NCBI RefSeq assembly: GCF_019703875.1
Contig: NZ_AP024110.1
Span: 2,455,912 to 2,519,911 of the forward strand
DNA: 64,000 nt
Source of the DNA: Methyloradius palustris
Lineage (GTDB): Bacteria; Pseudomonadota; Gammaproteobacteria; Burkholderiales; Methylophilaceae
Direction: 5' to 3'
The notes below the pieces were generated by a model. The model worked only from the letters and a program-made list of their open reading frames with translations, did no database searches and had not been told where the DNA came from. Position 1 is the first letter of the stretch; each line of letters begins with the position of its first letter. Both the position numbers and the translations under genes were made by a program. Shown here in pieces: positions 62,250-64,000 of this stretch.

Positions 62250-64000
62250 ATGTTCCTCAAAAAGTGGTGGCAATACTTACTCATCATCATATTAGTGCTT
62301 GGCGTTATAAGCACTGCATTGATCGGCCTCGCCGCAGCCCTCATCTACCCTGAGCTACCCTCACTCGAAGTATTAACCGACTATCGACCCAAGGTGCCAT
62401 TGCGTGTCTATTCTGAAGATGGCGCCCTGATAGCAGAGTTTGGTGAAGAGCGACGCGCATTTATCAAAATCGAGGATGTACCTGCCAACATGAAGAATGC
62501 CGTACTTGCAATTGAAGATAGACGCTTCTATCAGCACGGCGGTATTGATGTCAGAGGTATTATCAGAGCTGCTGTAAACAATCTCTCTGGTGGCGGCAAA
62601 GAAGGCGCAAGCACGATCACCATGCAGGTTGCACGTAACTTCTTTTTATCCAGCGAAAGAACCTTAGCGAGAAAACTAAGAGAAGCTCTGCTATCAATTA
62701 AAATTGAAAAAAGCCTCAGCAAAGATAAGATTCTAGAAGTTTATATAAACCAAATTTACCTCGGCCAACGTGCCTTCGGTTTTGCAGCAGCATCTCAGGT
62801 ATATTTTGGCAAACCACTTGATAAACTCAATCTTGCGGAAACAGCACTATTGGCAGGCTTACCTAAAGCACCGTCAGGATATAACCCGTTTGTTAATCCC
62901 AAAAAGGCAATTAATCGGCAACGTGAAGTTTTGCACAGCATGTATCAGTATGGGTTTATTGATGAAAATACGTATCAAGAAGCGCTAAAAGAGCCATTAA
63001 GGTTCAGGCAAGCCAAACAATATCGCGACCTTTCTGCTGATTATGTGGCTGAGCTTATACGCCAAGAAATGTACAGCCGTTACAAAGACGATATCTACAG
63101 TAGCGGCCTGAAAGTCTATACGACGATTCAGAAAACAAGCCAAGAAGCAGCAAACGCAGCTGTATTCCAAGGCATCATGGATTATGACAGCCGCCATGGT
63201 TATCGCGGACCAGAGAAAACGGTTACACCAACGCAATCAACAACAGAAGATGGCTTGAACTGGGCAGATAATGCATTGGATGAACTGGACGAGTTCAATG
63301 GACTTGTTCCTGCTGCCGTCACCAAAGTCACAGAGAAGTCGGTGTATGTGCATGCTAAATCTGGTGAGAACATCGAAATACAGGGTGATGGCTTATCGTT
63401 TGTACAGAAAACGCTAAACGATAAAGACCTACAAAAAAGAAGCATCAAACCTGGCGCTATCGTGCGCATCATTAAGGCAGGCCAAGCATGGAAAATTGTA
63501 CAGTTGCCGCAGGTTGAATCAGCGCTGGTATCGCTAGACCCACAAACGGGCGCGGTGCGGGCATTGGTGGGTGGCTTCGATTTTAACCGTAATAAATTTA
63601 ACCATGTCACCCAGGCATGGCGCCAGCCCGGCTCAAGCTTTAAACCTTTTATCTATTCAGCCTCGCTAGAAAAAGGCTTTACGCCTGCCAGCATTATTGA
63701 TGACGCGCCTATCAGCATCAGCGCTGAAGAAACAGGCAGCGGCTCATCTTGGGAGCCAAAGAATTTTGACAACAAATACGACGGCCCTATTCGCTTACGC
63801 ACCGCGCTGACCAAGTCCAAGAATATGGTGTCTATACGTATCTTGCAAGCCATTGGTGTCGGATATGTTCAAGATTACATCACGCGCTTTGGGTTCTCGC
63901 CTAAAGATCACCCGCCTTATCTGGCGATTGCATTGGGCGCGGGCTCGGCAACGCCTTGGCAAATGGCAGGCGCTTATGCGGTGTTTGCGAATGGCGGTTT
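62250..64000 (+). CDS. mrcA: penicillin-binding protein 1A (5' partial, runs off window)
   Basis: N-terminal TM then GT51 motifs (EDRRFYQHGGID, GASTITMQVARN); transpeptidase SxxK region (SSFKPF) near the end; no stop before the window edge. Confidence 0.9.
   Translation, partial: MFLKKWWQYLLIIILVLGVISTALIGLAAALIYPELPSLEVLTDYRPKVPLRVYSEDGALIAEFGEERRAFIKIEDVPANMKNAVLAIEDRRFYQHGGIDVRGIIRAAVNNLSGGGKEGASTITMQVARNFFLSSERTLARKLREALLSIKIEKSLSKDKILEVYINQIYLGQRAFGFAAASQVYFGKPLDKLNLAETALLAGLPKAPSGYNPFVNPKKAINRQREVLHSMYQYGFIDENTYQEALKEPLRFRQAKQYRDLSADYVAELIRQEMYSRYKDDIYSSGLKVYTTIQKTSQEAANAAVFQGIMDYDSRHGYRGPEKTVTPTQSTTEDGLNWADNALDELDEFNGLVPAAVTKVTEKSVYVHAKSGENIEIQGDGLSFVQKTLNDKDLQKRSIKPGAIVRIIKAGQAWKIVQLPQVESALVSLDPQTGAVRALVGGFDFNRNKFNHVTQAWRQPGSSFKPFIYSASLEKGFTPASIIDDAPISISAEETGSGSSWEPKNFDNKYDGPIRLRTALTKSKNMVSIRILQAIGVGYVQDYITRFGFSPKDHPPYLAIALGAGSATPWQMAGAYAVFANGG

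Overview
This 64-kb window is a chromosomal segment of a betaproteobacterium. Gene content (an FmdC-type amide/urea porin, urtABCDE, ureDABCEFG, glnA-ntrBC, pilMNOPQ-aroKB divergent from mrcA) suggests a Methylophilaceae-type methylotroph, but that placement is inference. Nearly all genes in the left half are on the minus strand.

The left half is a urea/short-chain-amide nitrogen supercluster:
- Housekeeping and regulatory genes at the start: aspS, a DUF502 membrane protein, an FmdB-type zinc ribbon, and a three-domain REC-LuxR response regulator.
- A 1184-aa hybrid sensor kinase whose N-terminus is a 12-TM transporter-like (NCS1/permease-like) domain, followed by a 10-cysteine cluster.
- Divergently, chrA.
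- Further along: a polyhistidine-tailed DMT/EamA permease, hupE/ureJ, ureGFE-ureCBA-ureD, urtEDCBA, and an FmdC-like outer-membrane porin.
- A ~91-nt repeat, each copy nested in its own long-range inverted repeat, sits in two intercistronic gaps of these operons (ureA/ureB and urtB/urtC). I found no other copies.

The middle contains accessory and stress-type genes:
- An OsmC-YcaO fusion.
- A b-type cytochrome plus a sulfite-oxidase-family molybdoenzyme, followed by a secreted Met-rich MXKDX-repeat peptide (an MrpX/MsrPQ-like oxidant-scavenging arrangement).
- A DCC thiol-disulfide oxidoreductase, a GbsR/MarR regulator, a flotillin, and standalone ribA with cybB-yceI-yceI.
- A ~3.6-kb low-GC islet bracketed by near-identical hairpin terminators. 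It encodes a small DEDDh exonuclease, a TfoX_N protein, three lipoproteins and an 8-strand outer-membrane beta-barrel.

The right half is core genome:
- ssb, an MFS transporter, uvrA, mtgA, aroE, a rhodanese.
- glnA with a recognisable sigma54 promoter and NtrC sites, a DUF4124 protein, ntrB and ntrC.
- A TPR-methyltransferase fusion, a general porin, dgt, aroB, aroK, pilQPONM, and the 5' part of mrcA.

I saw no rRNA, tRNA, CRISPR, transposase or integrase.
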